The notes under the pieces are model-generated. The model was not told the DNA's origin and ran no database searches. It was given only the letters and a program-made list of their open reading frames with translations. Both the position numbers and the translations under genes were made by a program. A stretch of DNA of 63,127 nt, filler included, from Octopus bimaculoides (lineage: Eukaryota): assembly GCF_001194135.2 (NCBI RefSeq). It is 6 parts of 6 records of this genome, joined end to end, with 100 filler letters (N's around TTAATTAATTAA, not from the genome) between each part and the next. Parts side by side here need not be neighbours in the genome. Positions count along the whole stretch, not along the records: positions 46,826 to 53,463 come from NC_068996.1; positions 53,564 to 63,127 come from NC_068986.1; 4 more parts are not named here. The stretch is one strand, 5' to 3'. The first letter of the stretch is position 1. Every line of letters starts with the position of its first letter. Of the stretch, positions 48,936 through 63,077 are shown piece by piece.

Positions 48936-51570
48936 TAATGTATACACAACAGATTAGGCTGTTGGAAAAGAAAAAATCCTAACAACATGCTACAAGTAAT
49001 CTTAGATGCCTCGAACTCTCCTAAGTTTCTTAGCTGTCCATAATAACACTGTTTTTTGAAGCTGTACTAAACTGGGTTTTATCCCTCTTTCCTCTATCCA
49101 TTTGTTCAGATCTTTAGGGATAGTTCTTAATGCTCCTATAACTACTGGAATACATTTTACCTGCACTTTCCATAGTTTCTGTAATTCCATGGCTAGGTCT
49201 GGTACTTTACTATTTTTTCTATACCTCTCATATTGATTTTTTTCATCATCTGAGACTGTAAAATCAATCTGGCACTTTCCACTCTCTTTATCTACTGCTA
49301 CTAAATCAGGCCTTCTAGCATCTATTACTCTGTCAGTCTGAATGTTACTTTCTAGTACTTTACTAGGTTCATGGTCATACTACTTATTATGGTCATACTA
49401 TTTAGTATGTTCAAATTCTAGCTTTCTACATAACTCCCAGTCGATTACTCTCCCTAGTTTGTCATATTTTCTTGTATTCTTTCTATGCCAACATGCTACA
49501 TTCATTTGCTATATGAGTAACACTTTCCTCTTTTGATTTGCATAACCTACATTGGGAATCTACTTGGTTTTTGTCTATCTTGGCTTTTATCCAATTATTC
49601 CTTAATGCTTGATCGTATGCAGCTACTAACAAATTTTCTGTCTCCTTTTTCAGTTTTCATTTCTGCAACCATAGTCATGCCTCACTACTACTATTTGCTA
49701 CAACTATCTTTGGCAATCTACCATGTAACGCCTTCTTCTGCCAGTCAGATAATTTCTGTTCTTTTTTCTGGTTTTTAACTTCGTTTGGGTTTTTGGTTTT
49801 CCTGTGTCTTGCTGTGACTCTAGCAGTTTTCAGTAAACTTCTTCACTATTACCTACATAGGAGTCTATATCTACACTAGCTAACTCCACGCAATCTTCTA
49901 CTGATATTAACCCTCTGCTACCTTCCTTTCTAGGTAGGTATAATCTCGTTACTCCTGCCCTTGGGTGGAGTCCTCCATTCATATTGAATTCCTTCTGCCT
50001 GGCTTTGCTAATTCAGTTTTTGTCCAATCTAATAAAAGCTGTTGAGTATCTAAGTAATGATACTGCCCAAGTATTTACAGCCTTCACTAGATTCGGACCA
50101 TTTAGCTTTGACTTCATTAGCTTTCTCTCCCTTCTGATGTACTCCATAATTTTCGTTTTCATTTCTGTAGTTAGTACTCTGTCAGATTCTAATACTCCTG
50201 AATACTTATAACTCTCTCCTACTTTCAATGATTTTAATGTCTGGCCATCTGGTAATTGGATGCCTTCGCTGTTGACTACCTGTCCCCTTCTCATGACTAA
50301 TATTGCATACTTATCTATGCTAAATTCCATGCCTATATTTTTGCTGAAGAGTCTTACAGTCTGTATTAAGGAATCTATTTCTTTTTCATTCTTACTAAAA
50401 CGCTTCAGATCATCCATGTAGAGCAAATGGATAATTTTTCCCTTACTATTTCTGAACTGATACCCTGTCTTTGTCTTCCTTATTACTAACCTGGAGGGGA
50501 TCAAACATAAGACAAATATTAAAGGGGATAACGAGTCTCCTTGGAAAATTCCTCTTTTGATATTAACTTTCCCAGAGAGTATGTCACCTGAGTAGAGATC
50601 TATTTTCCATTTCTTCCTGCTAAATCTAATTAATTCTCTTATGTTGTCTGCAATACTGAATATACCCAAACATTCACTTATCTATGAGTGTGGGATCATT
50701 TCATAGGTTTTCCTATAATCTATCCATGCCATTGTTAGATTTTTCTTTCTAGCTTTTACTTCACTTAGAACTGCTTTGTCTATATATAATAGATCATGCA
50801 TTCCTCTAGCCTTCTTCCTGTAACCTTTCTGTTCTTCTGGTAGTAAATTCTAGTTATCAAGGTACTTGTAAATGCTTTCTGAAAGCATTCCTGTTAACAG
50901 CTTCCACACTAATGGTAAACGAGTGATTGGTTTATAGTTGCCAGCTGTATTACCCTTGCTCTTATCTTTCATGAGTATTGTACTCGCTCTAGTCATCCAA
51001 TCTGGTATTATTCCTCCATTAAGGCAATCCTGAAGTTGTTCCCTCAGCCTCCCATGTAGATTACTAAATTTCTTTAGTCAGTACCCTTGAACTAAATCGG
51101 GTCCTGGCCCTTCCAATTCGGAATTTTTCCTAACACTCATTAATGCAATTAGTTAGTCTTAGATTTGGCTGCTTCTCCCTCACTATTTCTTTCCTTACTT
51201 AACCATGCAGCATCTCCATTATGACTGACTGGCTCATCCCAAATATTACTTCAGAACTTTCTAGTATCTTCTGCATTAGGTTTCTCATTTTCAGTACTTC
51301 GTTTTCCACTATTTATTTAGTTATAAAATCTCCTCTGGTGTGTCTCAAATAGTTTATTCTGTTGATACTGATATATTCTTTTCTGATATCTACAGAGTTT
51401 GCCTGCTACTGCTACGATATACTATTTCAACTCTTCTATTACTGTTCCAAATTCCTTCTCTTTGACTAAGTATATTTTCTCAAGGGAAGATTTAAATCTT
51501 GCGTTTCCTAACTTGTTCAGTTTCCAGGCTTCTATTCTACTCAGATCTTGTTTTTTCATTACGTGTTTTC
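48935..51570 (-). mobile_element. R4/Dong-clade LINE, 5'-truncated (RT, CCHC finger, RLE)
   Basis: NYKPITRLPL.WKL...WIDYRKTYE..PHS...IKRGIFQGDSLSPL.F...HLLYMDDLK...CRLCKSKEESVTHIANEC...IPVVIGAL..LQKTVLL.TAK.LRRV. Followed by (ATG)n/(TAA)n. Confidence 0.92.
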
Positions 51571-52330
51571 TGGTGGGAAGGCTTTGATCTTGTGCTGCAA
51601 TTAAAAGTCTTTCAGTCTCTGCTTTGAGTCCTGAGCTTCTCAGCTATTGTTGGAATTTTGCTTTGGCTATTTCTTTTCTGTTCAGCTTAACCCACTGTTT
51701 GCCATGTAGGGGCTTTTCTTGCATCGTTTTAACATGATACGTTGCTGTTCCAGTTTTAATTTGGATTTTAGTTGTTTTACAGCTTTTGTTGATTCTTCTT
51801 TTTCTTCATAGTTGTTAGGTATTATGACTTCTTTTTTGTACTTGTCAGCTTCCTTTTGGGTGATGCATCCTAAAACCTGTCATTATTTTCTTGTTTTCCT
51901 GTGTTTTGATTAGTTCATTTAGAGTCCAGTTAAGAATATTGTAGCCGTAACTTATAACTGGGACGGTTAGAGTGTTGATACCTATTATGTTGTTTTTCGC
52001 TTTGAGCTCTGTTTTCAGTGTTAATCTAATTCGTCTATAGTATTCTTTTCTTATCTTCTCTTTCATTTGTGTGTTGCATCGTATCTAGTTCATTGATTCC
52101 TAAGTATTTGTATGTCTGGCTTTGATCTAATTCTCTTATTTCATTTGCTTTATCTAGTGTGATGTTGCTATTCTTAACTAGTTTTCTTCTTTTCAAAGTT
52201 GCTTTAACACATTTTTCTAAACTAAATTTCATGTTTATTTCTTTGGTAAATCCATGTAGTAATGTTCCCAGCTGTTAATCATTTGTAGCGTACAGTTTTA
52301 GATCATCTATATACAAGAGATGGTTGATTG
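51570..52330 (-). mobile_element. Second R4/Dong-clade LINE fragment (RT C-terminal half)
   Basis: LLYIDDLKLYA...MKFSLEKC...TYKYLGI...EYYRRIRL.LKTELKAKN.IIGINTL.VPVISYG...GLKAETE.LLIAAQDQSL. Duplicates domains already present in 48935-51570. Confidence 0.85.
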
Positions 52331-53151
52331 TTTTGCCGAAACAGTTGTATCCACATCCAATTCTTTTTAGCATGTCAGATAAAGGTGTCACTGCCAAGCA
52401 GAAAAGGAGTGAGAGAGCGTGTCACCCTGGAGGTGAAACACCCATGTCTCCAGAGGTGAATTATTCAAACCTTAAAGAATTCCTCTTAACACATGACTAT
52501 GATACTTACTAATGGAATAATTAGAGCTAGCTACCGTGTGAGACGATAACTGGTCCGAGAGAAAAGCTAGAGAACAGTATTTAGTAAACTGACTTTTGCT
52601 AATGTTTTGTCCGACGGGAAGATCCTTGATATGAAACATTTTCCTAAAGGATGAAAGGCATGGTAATATTTTGTGCACCGAAGTGGGATCTTTTTCTTTC
52701 ACAAATAATTACAGAGACCCGTGAAGTATGAAAAAAATTACATTTCGCTGTCTAAAAATTAAACACAAAGGAATTTCTGATCTCATGCAAACTCGAAATG
52801 GCGATTGTCATGACATATTTTAAATAAAATATCTTTCATTTGAAAGGAGAAAACGCCAATTGTGTCGTTTTAAAAATAGATTATGGGTCAAAAACTGAAG
52901 CCCAGATAGTACGCAAGACGTTTGTCCATAAGCTGGTCCCACAATGTGTGGGAAGGTGAAATACAAAGGTTTCTGTTAGCGACATTGATGATAATGTCGA
53001 ACTCAGGTTAGTAGTCACTTTTAAAGTTAAAACTACACTTATCTAACCCAAACTGTATATCACTGTTTCACTGTTCTTGGTTAATATTCTTACTTTTTGA
53101 TCAACAGAATTCGAGGCCTTTTCCTCTTTGGTGTATAGTTTGAAGTCGTCA

Positions 53152-53219
<68 letters not shown>

Positions 53220-53463
53220 CTGATCTGGACGGATGCTAGTCGCATCGGCTCGCAAGTAAGTTGGCCTTTTATATGTCAAAAATTTTGCAGTTTTAAAATA
53301 TTTTTTGTGGAAGAGGTGTATAAGTCTATACACTTCGACCCTATTGGGTGTTTGTAATAGGAAGTGGCTCCTTCTGGAGTTTATTTCCAAAAGTTTTTGA
53401 TTTTTCTCCGGCTTATTTGCCATATTTCGTAAAAGAAATATGGCTAGGCCTTCACACGTGGTC

Positions 53464-53563
53464 NNNNNNNNNNNNNNNNNNNNNNNNNNNNNNNNNNNNN
53501 NNNNNNNTTAATTAATTAANNNNNNNNNNNNNNNNNNNNNNNNNNNNNNNNNNNNNNNNNNNN
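53464..53563. other. Artificial scaffold-join spacer
   Basis: 44N + TTAATTAATTAA (53508-53519) + 44N. Confidence 0.97.
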
Positions 53564-54461
53564 ATATATATATATATATATATATACACATACATACATA
53601 CAAGTATACATACCTACATTCATACACACATATGTACATGCATACATATATTCATCCTTTCTACTATTGGCCCAAGGACAGAAATTTTGTAATTCTTGAC
53701 ATCTTGGCCTTACAAATTTCTGTGCCATTCTTCTTTTCCCCGTTACCATCGTGACAGATCGAGCTGATATCTAATCCAACTGTGATGATATCGTCTTTGA
53801 AAGACAACTAGTACTGCATTGACCAATACCTTTCATTTCTAAAGACATTGTTTGTATTATTTGAGGGGATATTTTGCCTTTTCTAACATGCCAATCGATC
53901 TCATTGGAGCTTTCTTGTTGGCACGCTTCACTAATTGTTAGAATAATTCTGTCGCTAGCAGTCACACCCCAGTCAACTCTGATCGAGCAGACTTTGACCA
54001 GAAACATTCCACCGTAAACATTGCCTCAGAAAGTGCAAAATACTCTCCTACGAAGAGCCAGATTTAAATCTTGGGGGTTCCTGGTCACTTCCAGGTCGGT
54101 GGATCTTTCGTACACGAGAATTAAAATATTGGAAAATTACCCAATTCAAATCTGAAAACCCATCTATTTCGTGTAATTGAGTTTGATGAGTTAACAGAGT
54201 AAGTTTAAATAAATGACTGAAAATGTCGCTTTATAGATATAATTTTTAAAAATTCATATTTCGTTTTTCACAAATCAAATTCTCTTGCAGTGAAAAGTAC
54301 AATGAAGGAGGTATGAGGGGGTAAGATTTTTTTCTTTTAAAGCGAACTACAAATGTTTTAGAATGTGAAATATGATAAAATGACAGAACATTATGAAAAA
54401 GAAAAAAGAAATCATTTTAGTGGCTGTTGCTGTTACAAAGGCACAATGAGTGTGTGTGTGC

Positions 54462-54525
<64 letters not shown>

Positions 54526-55188
54526 NNNNNNNNNNNNNNNNNNNNNNNNNNNNNNNNNNNNNNNNNNNNNNNNNNNNNNNNNNNNNNNNNNNNNNNNNNN
54601 NNNNATTTTTAAGTTATTGTTTTCAAAAGGCTTCCCTTCATTGGCTTGCAATGATCGAAAATGAAAATAGAAAATCTCTACAAAAACAGAAAAATTCAAA
54701 CAGCTGTTCCGAAATTTTCCAGTAGTGGGTAGAAGAAAAAAATATATTTGTTACAAATGTTCACTACCTTCTCAAAATGCAGTAAAAACACTATAATATA
54801 TTCAGAACAGTATTTTCACCGTTCTCAGATGAGGCAATATGAGAAAGACAAGATAAAGTAAATTTGCTGCTTCACTTCCCAACAATTACATTTGAAAAAA
54901 GACTCATACATCAGAAAGATCAGAAATGCAACAAAAGTTTAAAATATCTTGGTCAAATGAAAGAAGATCATGGGAAAATAACCCAAGATATGAAATTAAC
55001 GACACTCGATTAAATATAAAAAGTTAGCATAAACTATTCTCTATAGCTTTTTCGCTATCTGCTGGAATGGCTTCTCTTTAACAATACAAGTATTAAAATT
55101 AGTCATTGCCCATTTTACCCCAATTTACACATATTTGAAACTTTGAAACTTATCAAATTAGAAACCAATATAGAAAAGAATATTAATG

Positions 55189-55348
55189 GGCGCAGGAGTG
55201 GTTGTGTGGTAAGTAGCTTGCTTACCAACCACATGGTTCCGGGTTCAGTCCCACTGCGTGGTATCTTGGGCAAGTGTCTTCTACTATAGCCTCGGGTCGA
55301 CCAAAGCCTTGTGAGTGGATTTGTTAGACGGAAACTGAAAGAAGCCTG

Positions 55349-55403
<55 letters not shown>

Positions 55404-55585
55404 AGTGTGTGTTTGTGTGTCTGCGTTTGCCCCCCCCCCACTTCGCTTGACAACCGATGCTGGTGTGTTTACGTCCCCGTAACTTAGCGGTTCGGCAAAA
55501 GAGACTGATAAAATAAGTACTAGGCTTACATAGAATAAGTCCTGGGCCACAGTCAAATGACTGAAACAAGTAAAATAGTAAAAGA
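55189..55585 (+). mobile_element. Near full-length copy of the same SINE family
   Basis: Collinear with 59400-59825, with a short internal deletion near the tail. Confidence 0.85.
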
Positions 55586-57126
55586 GAATGGTTAAACACC
55601 CAAAATTATCAAGTTATTTTATTTGCTACCTCAATTACAATCGAGTCAAACCTGAGGAAAAACGTCTTGAAAATAAATTACCTGTCACCTATGATTCGAA
55701 CTATCTCAATTTCGACAGCAATTGTAACAACTATACTGACCACTTTTTATACCCAACAGGAAGAAAATAACAAGAAATTGGAAATTACTCATTTTGCCCC
55801 AGTTACCAATTTTGAATCGCTTCCATATAGTAATGCTTTGATAAAACAAAATTCAAACTTTAAACTTTGGAGCATATTCCATACTTTCTTGTTTCATAAA
55901 ATAAGTCCAGTTTTCAACGCCTCACCAAAATAACTAAATTTAGAAGTAGCAATATATGCGTTTATGCGCGCGCAAGTATGTGTGTGTGTGTGTGTGTGCG
56001 TGTGTGTGTGTGTGTGCGTGTGTGTGTGTGTGTGTGTAGTTTTTTGTAAGATCGAAGCAAGTTTGCGCAGACAAGTTTGCGGATAAAATGTTTTTAGTAT
56101 TGTAATCCGCAATACTAATTCTAGCGAGACTAATAAACATTTCACTCCATTGTGGGAGATGAGTTTTTTTTTTTTTTTTTTTTTTTTTTACCACCGAAAT
56201 AATGTGACCCGCACACATTTATGGCTCGATAACATGTACCATGAATTGTTTTAGGTGCTTATGGAGCAGTGATCAGATAGAGATCCCTCTCGATCCTCCC
56301 CACTCTTTAGTTCATTTCTTTCAGACTACAAATGATATGCAAATAATAGTAATGACTATTGTTGATTTAAATGAGTTGAACCATCCAACAATAACAAGAA
56401 ATTACTACGCTAATTTAAAGAATAGAAATAATCGAGACAATAGTAGCCCTGTAGCTAGAAAATCAACGAAAGCAACAACAGCAGCAGCAGAAGCAACAAT
56501 AAGTGATGATTCATCGACGGCCGTTATACCTACTCGAAAAAAGGACCAGAATTTCCATAAATTAATGCTTACTGTCTCTTATGCATTGAAAAGTACGTAG
56601 AAGCAAGGCCATATTAATAGGGGGTGAAGGCGAAAATTTCCCCGCGCCTCCGAGGATAATGCTTCCCCAGCTATAATGGTAACGTAGCCCTCAGTACAGG
56701 GGAAAGGCCAACTCTCAGCTGCCTGATATGAAGAGGTTCTGCTTCAATATACAAACGTGTCTTGACTTCCTAAAAAATGTAATGGATTCTCTGTTAGGAT
56801 AAATTACTATACATTTTGCCACCTTAGAGACACTAGAGCAACTGCAATTCCTTTGAGAATTGAAGCTGTTTTGGGTAGATATATGTGTGCATGTATGCAT
56901 GTATGTATTTATGTATTTCTCTGTATGTGTGTGTGTGTGTGTTTGTGTTTGTAAGTATGAATGCATAAAAGAGTTTGACCGAAAGAAGTTACTTCTCTAG
57001 GTCAAAATCCATTCAACGCATGACTAAGCAATGACATTTGCTTGACCACTTTCAGTTAAAGGCACACACACACATACGCACGCACTCATTCGCGCACATA
57101 CATTCACAGACACATACACATACATG

Positions 57127-57164
<38 letters not shown>

Positions 57165-57607
57165 CACGCATATACACACACACATACACACACACACACA
57201 CACATATATAGAGAGAAAATTTGTAGTTTGGAATCAGTAGTGCTTTGACTGCTATTTCTAAATTGTCAGTATGTTGGAGAAGCAACTCAATTGCTAATCC
57301 CTGTATATTTATAATGATAAATAGTCTTACCGATAAAGGTTTTTTTCATACTGAACTACTTGGCAGAATTGTTAATTATTAATTCTATTATTAATTGACA
57401 ANNNNNNNNNNNNNNNNNNNNNNNNNNNNNNNNNNNNNNNNNNNNNNNNNNNNNNNNNNNNNNNNNNNNNNNNNNNNNNNNNNNNNNNNNNNNNNNNNNN
57501 NNNNNNNNNNNNNNNNNNNNNNNNNNNNNNNNNNNNNNNNNNNNNNNNNNNNNNNNNNNNNNNNNNNNNNNNNNNNNNNNNNNNNNNNNNNNNNNNNNNN
57601 NNNNNNN

Positions 57608-57686
<79 letters not shown>

Positions 57687-58163
57687 GATAAATAGGTGTG
57701 TTTGCGTTCATACATGCATAAATATAAATATATTGATACATATATATGTATGTGCCTGTGCATATACAAACGCAAAAGAAAAGAAATTTATTCGTGATTT
57801 ATCAGTTCCGTACGTTTCAAATAGAAAATCGTACCTGAAAATGATGCAATGCAACACCCTCCGCACAACTCATTCGATCTCATATTTGATCGACCAAAAT
57901 GCATCAGAGATCGGAATTCAACAGTATTCTATTCTCATCAATGCTAAAACAACACCGGTGACATTCAAAAGGAATATTTTCAGGTGTATTCGTTTCACTG
58001 CTTATGTTTACATCTGTTTAAAAGCAGGTGGAGTTGTTTACGTCTTTTTCCTTCTTATTGCGCATAACTTACTATTTCGACATTATATTGATCCATAAAA
58101 TATGTGCCAGACTGTCATACGTTTTGGACTATTTACGATTGTACACATACAGAGGCACTTGTA

Positions 58164-58243
<80 letters not shown>

Positions 58244-59399
58244 TTCAGTGTAGTTTATGTGTGCGTGTTGGTCGTAAAAGTGCGTGCGCGTGAGTACATG
58301 TGATCTGCATGGTTTTAGGTTTCTCACTGTTTGCATATTTCCATTATGAACATTTCCCAATCTCGACAGAAGGGAATCTTTNNNNNNNNNNNNNNNNNNN
58401 NNNNNNNNNNNNNNNNNNNNNNNNNNNNNNNNNNNNNNNNNNNNNNNNNNNNNNNNNNNNNNNNNNNNNNNNNNNNNNNNNNNNNNNNNNNNNNNNNNNN
58501 NNNNNNNNNNNNNNNNNNNNNNNNNNNNNNNNNNNNNNNNNNNNNNNNNNNNNNNNNNNNNNNNNNNNNNNNNNNNNNNNNNNNNNNNNNNNNNNNNNNN
58601 NNNNNNNNNNNNNNNNNNNNNNNNNNNNNNNNNNNNNNNNNNNNNNNNNNNNNNNNNNNNNNNNNNNNNNNNNNNNNNNNNNNNNNNNNNNNNNNNNNNN
58701 NNNNNNNNNNNNNNNNNNNNNNNNNNNNNNNNNNNNNNNNNNNNNNNNNNNNNNNNNNNNNNNNNNNNNNNNNNNNNNNNNNNNNNNNNNNNNNNNNNNN
58801 NNNNNNNNNNNNNNNNNNNNNNNNNNNNNNNNNNNNNNNNNNNNNNNNNNNNNNNNNNNNNNNNNNNNNNNNNNNNNNNNNNNNNNNNNNNNNNNNNNNN
58901 NNNATAAGAGTCCATGTACCCACACTAAAAGACACACATTTATTCATTACTCTATTAATTTATACTTCGAAGTATGGCGGGTGTCAGTTTAGTCAGCTGG
59001 ACAAAACTAATCCTCGACAAAGTTTCGGAGGCATTATCAAACTTTTCCTTCTATGCGGTAATGTTAATATACTAGATATATGTATTGAGTACACTTTCAA
59101 TTAATGTTTTGGATCTCTTCATGTGTTGTTTCAAGTAAACTACACACACAGCCATATATCGATATATACCCCCCACACACACGCACACACACATGCATGC
59201 ACATATGCACGCACATACGTTTATATATTATATATTTTAGTATCTGCACGTCAAAATTATATACAAAATCAGTTTATCGACAAGCTAAATGGTTACTCAA
59301 AAGATTTTAGTAGAGTACTTGTGTATTTAAATTTTACAAGGAAAAGTTGATAGTGGCTTTGACGTTATACATACATACATACATACATGCACTCATATA

Positions 59400-59825
59400 G
59401 GCGCAGGAGTGGCTGTGTGGTAAGTAGCTTGCTTACCAAGCACATGGTTCCGGGTTCAGTTCCACTGCGTGGCATCTTGGGTAAGTGTCTTCTACTATAG
59501 CCTCGGGCCGACCAATGCCTTGTGAGTGGATTTGGTAAACGGAAACTGAAAGAATCCCGCCGTATATATGTATACGTATATATGTGTGTGCGTGTGTGTG
59601 TGTGCGTGTGTGTGTGCGTGTGTGTCTGTGTTTGTCTCCCTAGCATTGCTTGACAACCGATGGTGGTGTGCTTATGTCCCCGTCACTTAGCGGTTCAGCA
59701 AAATAGACCGATAGAATAAGTACTAGGCTTACAAAGAATAAGTCCCGGGGTCGATTTGCTCGACTAAAGGCGGTGCTCCAGCATGGCCACAGTCAAATGA
59801 CTGAAACAAGTAAAAGAGTAAGAGT
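59400..59825 (+). mobile_element. Full-length tRNA-derived SINE (family with internal TA/TG microsatellite)
   Basis: Head GGCGCAGGAGTGGCTGTGTGGTAAG...GGTTCAGT, body, microsatellite, tail ...GTCAAATGACTGAAACAAGTAAAAGAG. Several related copies are in the window. Confidence 0.85.
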
Positions 59826-59904
59826 AAAAAGTAATATATATATATATGCATGCTTACATATGCGTGTGTGTGCGTGTATGTGTGTGATATTATCATTATT
59901 ATTA

Positions 59905-60345
59905 TTATTATTATGGTTCAGTAGTTTTATTTATATAACGTGCTTTCACTTCACTACCGAGCGCAGCTCTGTGCGCCTTGGGTATGTGCTGTGGTTTGCT
60001 GTGGTGCTCTTATGTTTACTGTATTGAAAGTGTTTTGCGTAGAATGTGTGCAGTACCCAGTAGTGCAATTTTCTGTATGTTATATATATTTGTAAGTCCT
60101 GCTATTTTTGTTATGTATTTGTCTGAATATTTTTTTATTATACCTAAGGCACCTACTATGATAGGAATTGTTTCTGTTTTTAGATTCCACATTCGAGTTA
60201 TCTCTATTTCCAGGTCTTCGTATTTTGAAAGTTTTTCCATTTCTTTTAGAGAAACGTTGTCATCTGCTGGTATTGATACATCAATTAGAAAGCATTTTTT
60301 TTCTTCATGATCTTTGACAACTATATCTGGTCTATTTGCCGAGAG
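59905..60345 (-). mobile_element. R4/Dong-clade LINE 3' end (RLE domain) with (TAA)n tail
   Basis: RPDIVVKDHEEKKCFLIDVSIPADDNVSLKEMEKLSKYEDLEIEI.RMW...IPIIVGALG...IQKIALLGTAHILRKTL. Confidence 0.9.
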
Positions 60346-61006
60346 CAGTGCTTGCCATGAAAGTTACACTGGGGTAAAATATACGAAGCCCATTATACCC
60401 ATCATGACTACCCGTCTAATAAAGCTACATCAGGCATATGGATCCCAACCACATGTGCGTGACATAGGGATCTTATTTCAAGATAAACAGCGCGTGGCCA
60501 TGCAAGTGGAGCCCAGTTAGAATTTTCTTGATGTTGAGTAGCCCTTCCCGATCAAAAGGTCCCTGAATAAGGTTTGTTTAAGGATGATGAACGAAACACC
60601 CGTGTTTCCACAGCTGAATTCAAACCCTTTAAATTCCTTTCAACACATGGCTATGATGCACCCCCAGAGGTGCACATATAATCAGTCACCAAGATAACAT
60701 GAGGTAATCTACAATTTCGGTTGCACATTGTCTCTTTTTTTTTTATTAGGTATTTAGCGGCAATAATAATAATAATCTTTTCTACAATAAGCACAGCGCC
60801 TAAAAATTGAGGGAGGATGACTAATCAATTACATCGACCCCAGTGTTTCATTGGTATTTAATTTATCGACCCTGAAAGTATCAAAAGTAGACTTTGCGTT
60901 TCATCCTTTCAGGGACGATAATTAAGTACCAGCGAAACCCTGGGGTCGATGTAATCGTCTATTCCCCTCCCGCCAAATTTGAAGCCTTGTGCCTATAGTA
61001 GAAAGG

Positions 61007-61102
<96 letters not shown>

Positions 61103-61809
61103 ATAAAATGGGCAACGAATGCTGTAAAAGAAATGAGAAATCATCAACATAAAGCTTTTCATTTGAAAACGACTTCCAGTAATATACCAGCAGTCTGAAC
61201 GACACAGTAGCTGATCGCTAAATGCATCGAAAGCCGGTTGAATACATAAATTCAATAGGTTAGATGTAGATAATGGTATATATAAAATACGGAAATTCAA
61301 ATTAAAATGGGAGACAGTTGTAATTATATAATAGTAATAGAATGATAGAATAAAGGGAAATTCAATATAAGACAAAGCCTACTACCGGTTAATTCATCAT
61401 TGAACATCTAGCGTGAATAATATTTATCAGCTTTAATTCTCCATACCCACGGAGTATCGCTTACACCGCTATATTTATCGCATCCTCTTCGGGAAAGGCG
61501 TGTAAAAGTCATTGTCACTAGCCATTTTCTTGGTGGCTTATTAAAACACAAACTTATACATCCACAAGCTATTGTGCATATAAAACCTTTTTAAACTGCC
61601 AATTTTATGAGGATGTCTGTATATATATATATATATATATATATACGTTTTTGTATTTGGTTTCCAAGATTCTTTATGTGAATTCGTGTGTTGTACCATA
61701 TTTTATTGTGTCTGGGGAGAGTCATTTATTTTTACTAAGATTTTCGTTGCGTCTTGCAACCTTTTCAATAGTTGTTGACTCTGTCTGTTATCGAAACTGC
61801 GTACTTTCT

Positions 61810-62250
61810 TTCTTTTTGTTTGTTTGCTTGTATATTTGTGCCCGTGCATGTGCGTCAGTGTGTCTGCACTTACCCATATGCATGTATGTATGTATGTATG
61901 TATGTATGTATGTATGTTTGTATGTATGTATGTTTGCATATGTGTATGTATGCATGCGTGTGTATGCACGTGTGCATGTTTGCATGTATGCATGTACTCT
62001 GCATATATATGTGTGTATATATATATATGTATGTGTGTATATGTGTGTATATATATATATGTATGCACGTGTGCACGTTCGTATGTATGTATGTATTCTG
62101 CATGCCCGTGTGCTTGCGTGTTCATGTTTATCCGGTTTTTTTTTTGTGTTTGTGTCTGTTTGTGATATTTGTTTGTGTGTTTGTATGTGAGTATTTTGTG
62201 CGTGCCTTTCTCTCTTTGAGTGTGCATTTGTGTGTGTGCTTGTGCATGGG
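61810..62250. repeat. Degenerate (TG/TATG)n low-complexity tract
   Basis: Directly visible. Many other (CA)n, (TA)n, (AG)n and (GATA)n tracts occur throughout the window, often at N-gap edges. Confidence 0.9.
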
Positions 62251-62327
62251 CTTGTGTGACGATATAAACTGTGGGTATTGGAGTATGACACTTTCTATGT
62301 ATATTTGTTATTTAGTACTGGGGAAGT

Positions 62328-63055
62328 TTAATTTATGAGGCCCCACTCTTGTACCTGTCTGAATGTTGGACACTCCGAATGCTTGGATAAAATGCGGATG
62401 TCAAGTTGACCCAGTGTGTTGCCATGTTGGTCTTTGCCATGTTGGTAGAATATGGAGGATTGTTTTTTCTCGTCATATTGTTTCAAATGGTCATTTTGCC
62501 TCTCCGCAATGCTTTTAGATGTCTCATCAATGTATGCCATGTTCTTGTCTTTAAAAGCATCCTCTATGCGCCTTATGCTGTAGACTACATTTTTAGTCTT
62601 ACAGTTAATACCAGGGTTAGTCTTACATACCTTGCAGTTATCAATGGTGCATGTGGTATTCTCAAACAAGGCACGTCCTACATAGTTGTGATCTGATGGA
62701 GCTCCTAGGCTTTTCAACGATCTTAGTGTTGAATTTAGCCTCCTTCGAAGCTTTCCTAAATCTGCGGGCTAGTTCTCCATGGGCTGTGGCCTCTACAAAT
62801 ATTACCATGTTTGCTTTGTCACAAAGACTTTGTATCCTATTCCAGTCTTTCCTTCTATATCAAGGGTACGTAACACTGGTTTCATTACTTATAAGGTTAT
62901 CTAACTTCATTTTAGCACCTCTGTACACCCGAATCCTATCTTTCAGATAATATCTAGGGAATTGCATGCCGTGCATGAAGTTCTATACATGTTTGTATAT
63001 TTCTTTGTTTCATATTGAGGACAATGTTGTTCGTTATCCTAACTAGGTCTGCTAT
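62328..63055 (-). mobile_element. Penelope-like retroelement, C-terminal RT linker plus GIY-YIG endonuclease
   Basis: VIFVEATAHGELARRFR...KIVEKP then CKVCKTNPGINCKTKNVVYSI...YIDETSKSIAER..H...SSIFYQH...H...IL...RQVQE. Confidence 0.85.
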
Positions 63056-63077
63056 CAGTATCAGACACAATATAAAC

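Noticed and set aside
53419-53444. 10-bp perfect hairpin GCCATATTTC-gtaaaa-GAAATATGGC
   Set aside because: Isolated and AT-rich, at a scaffold end; no functional context.
61690-61805. CTGGGGA-GAGTCA...TGACTC...GAAAC-TGC-GTA
   Set aside because: Core is mismatched and 11 extra nucleotides separate stem II from GAAA.
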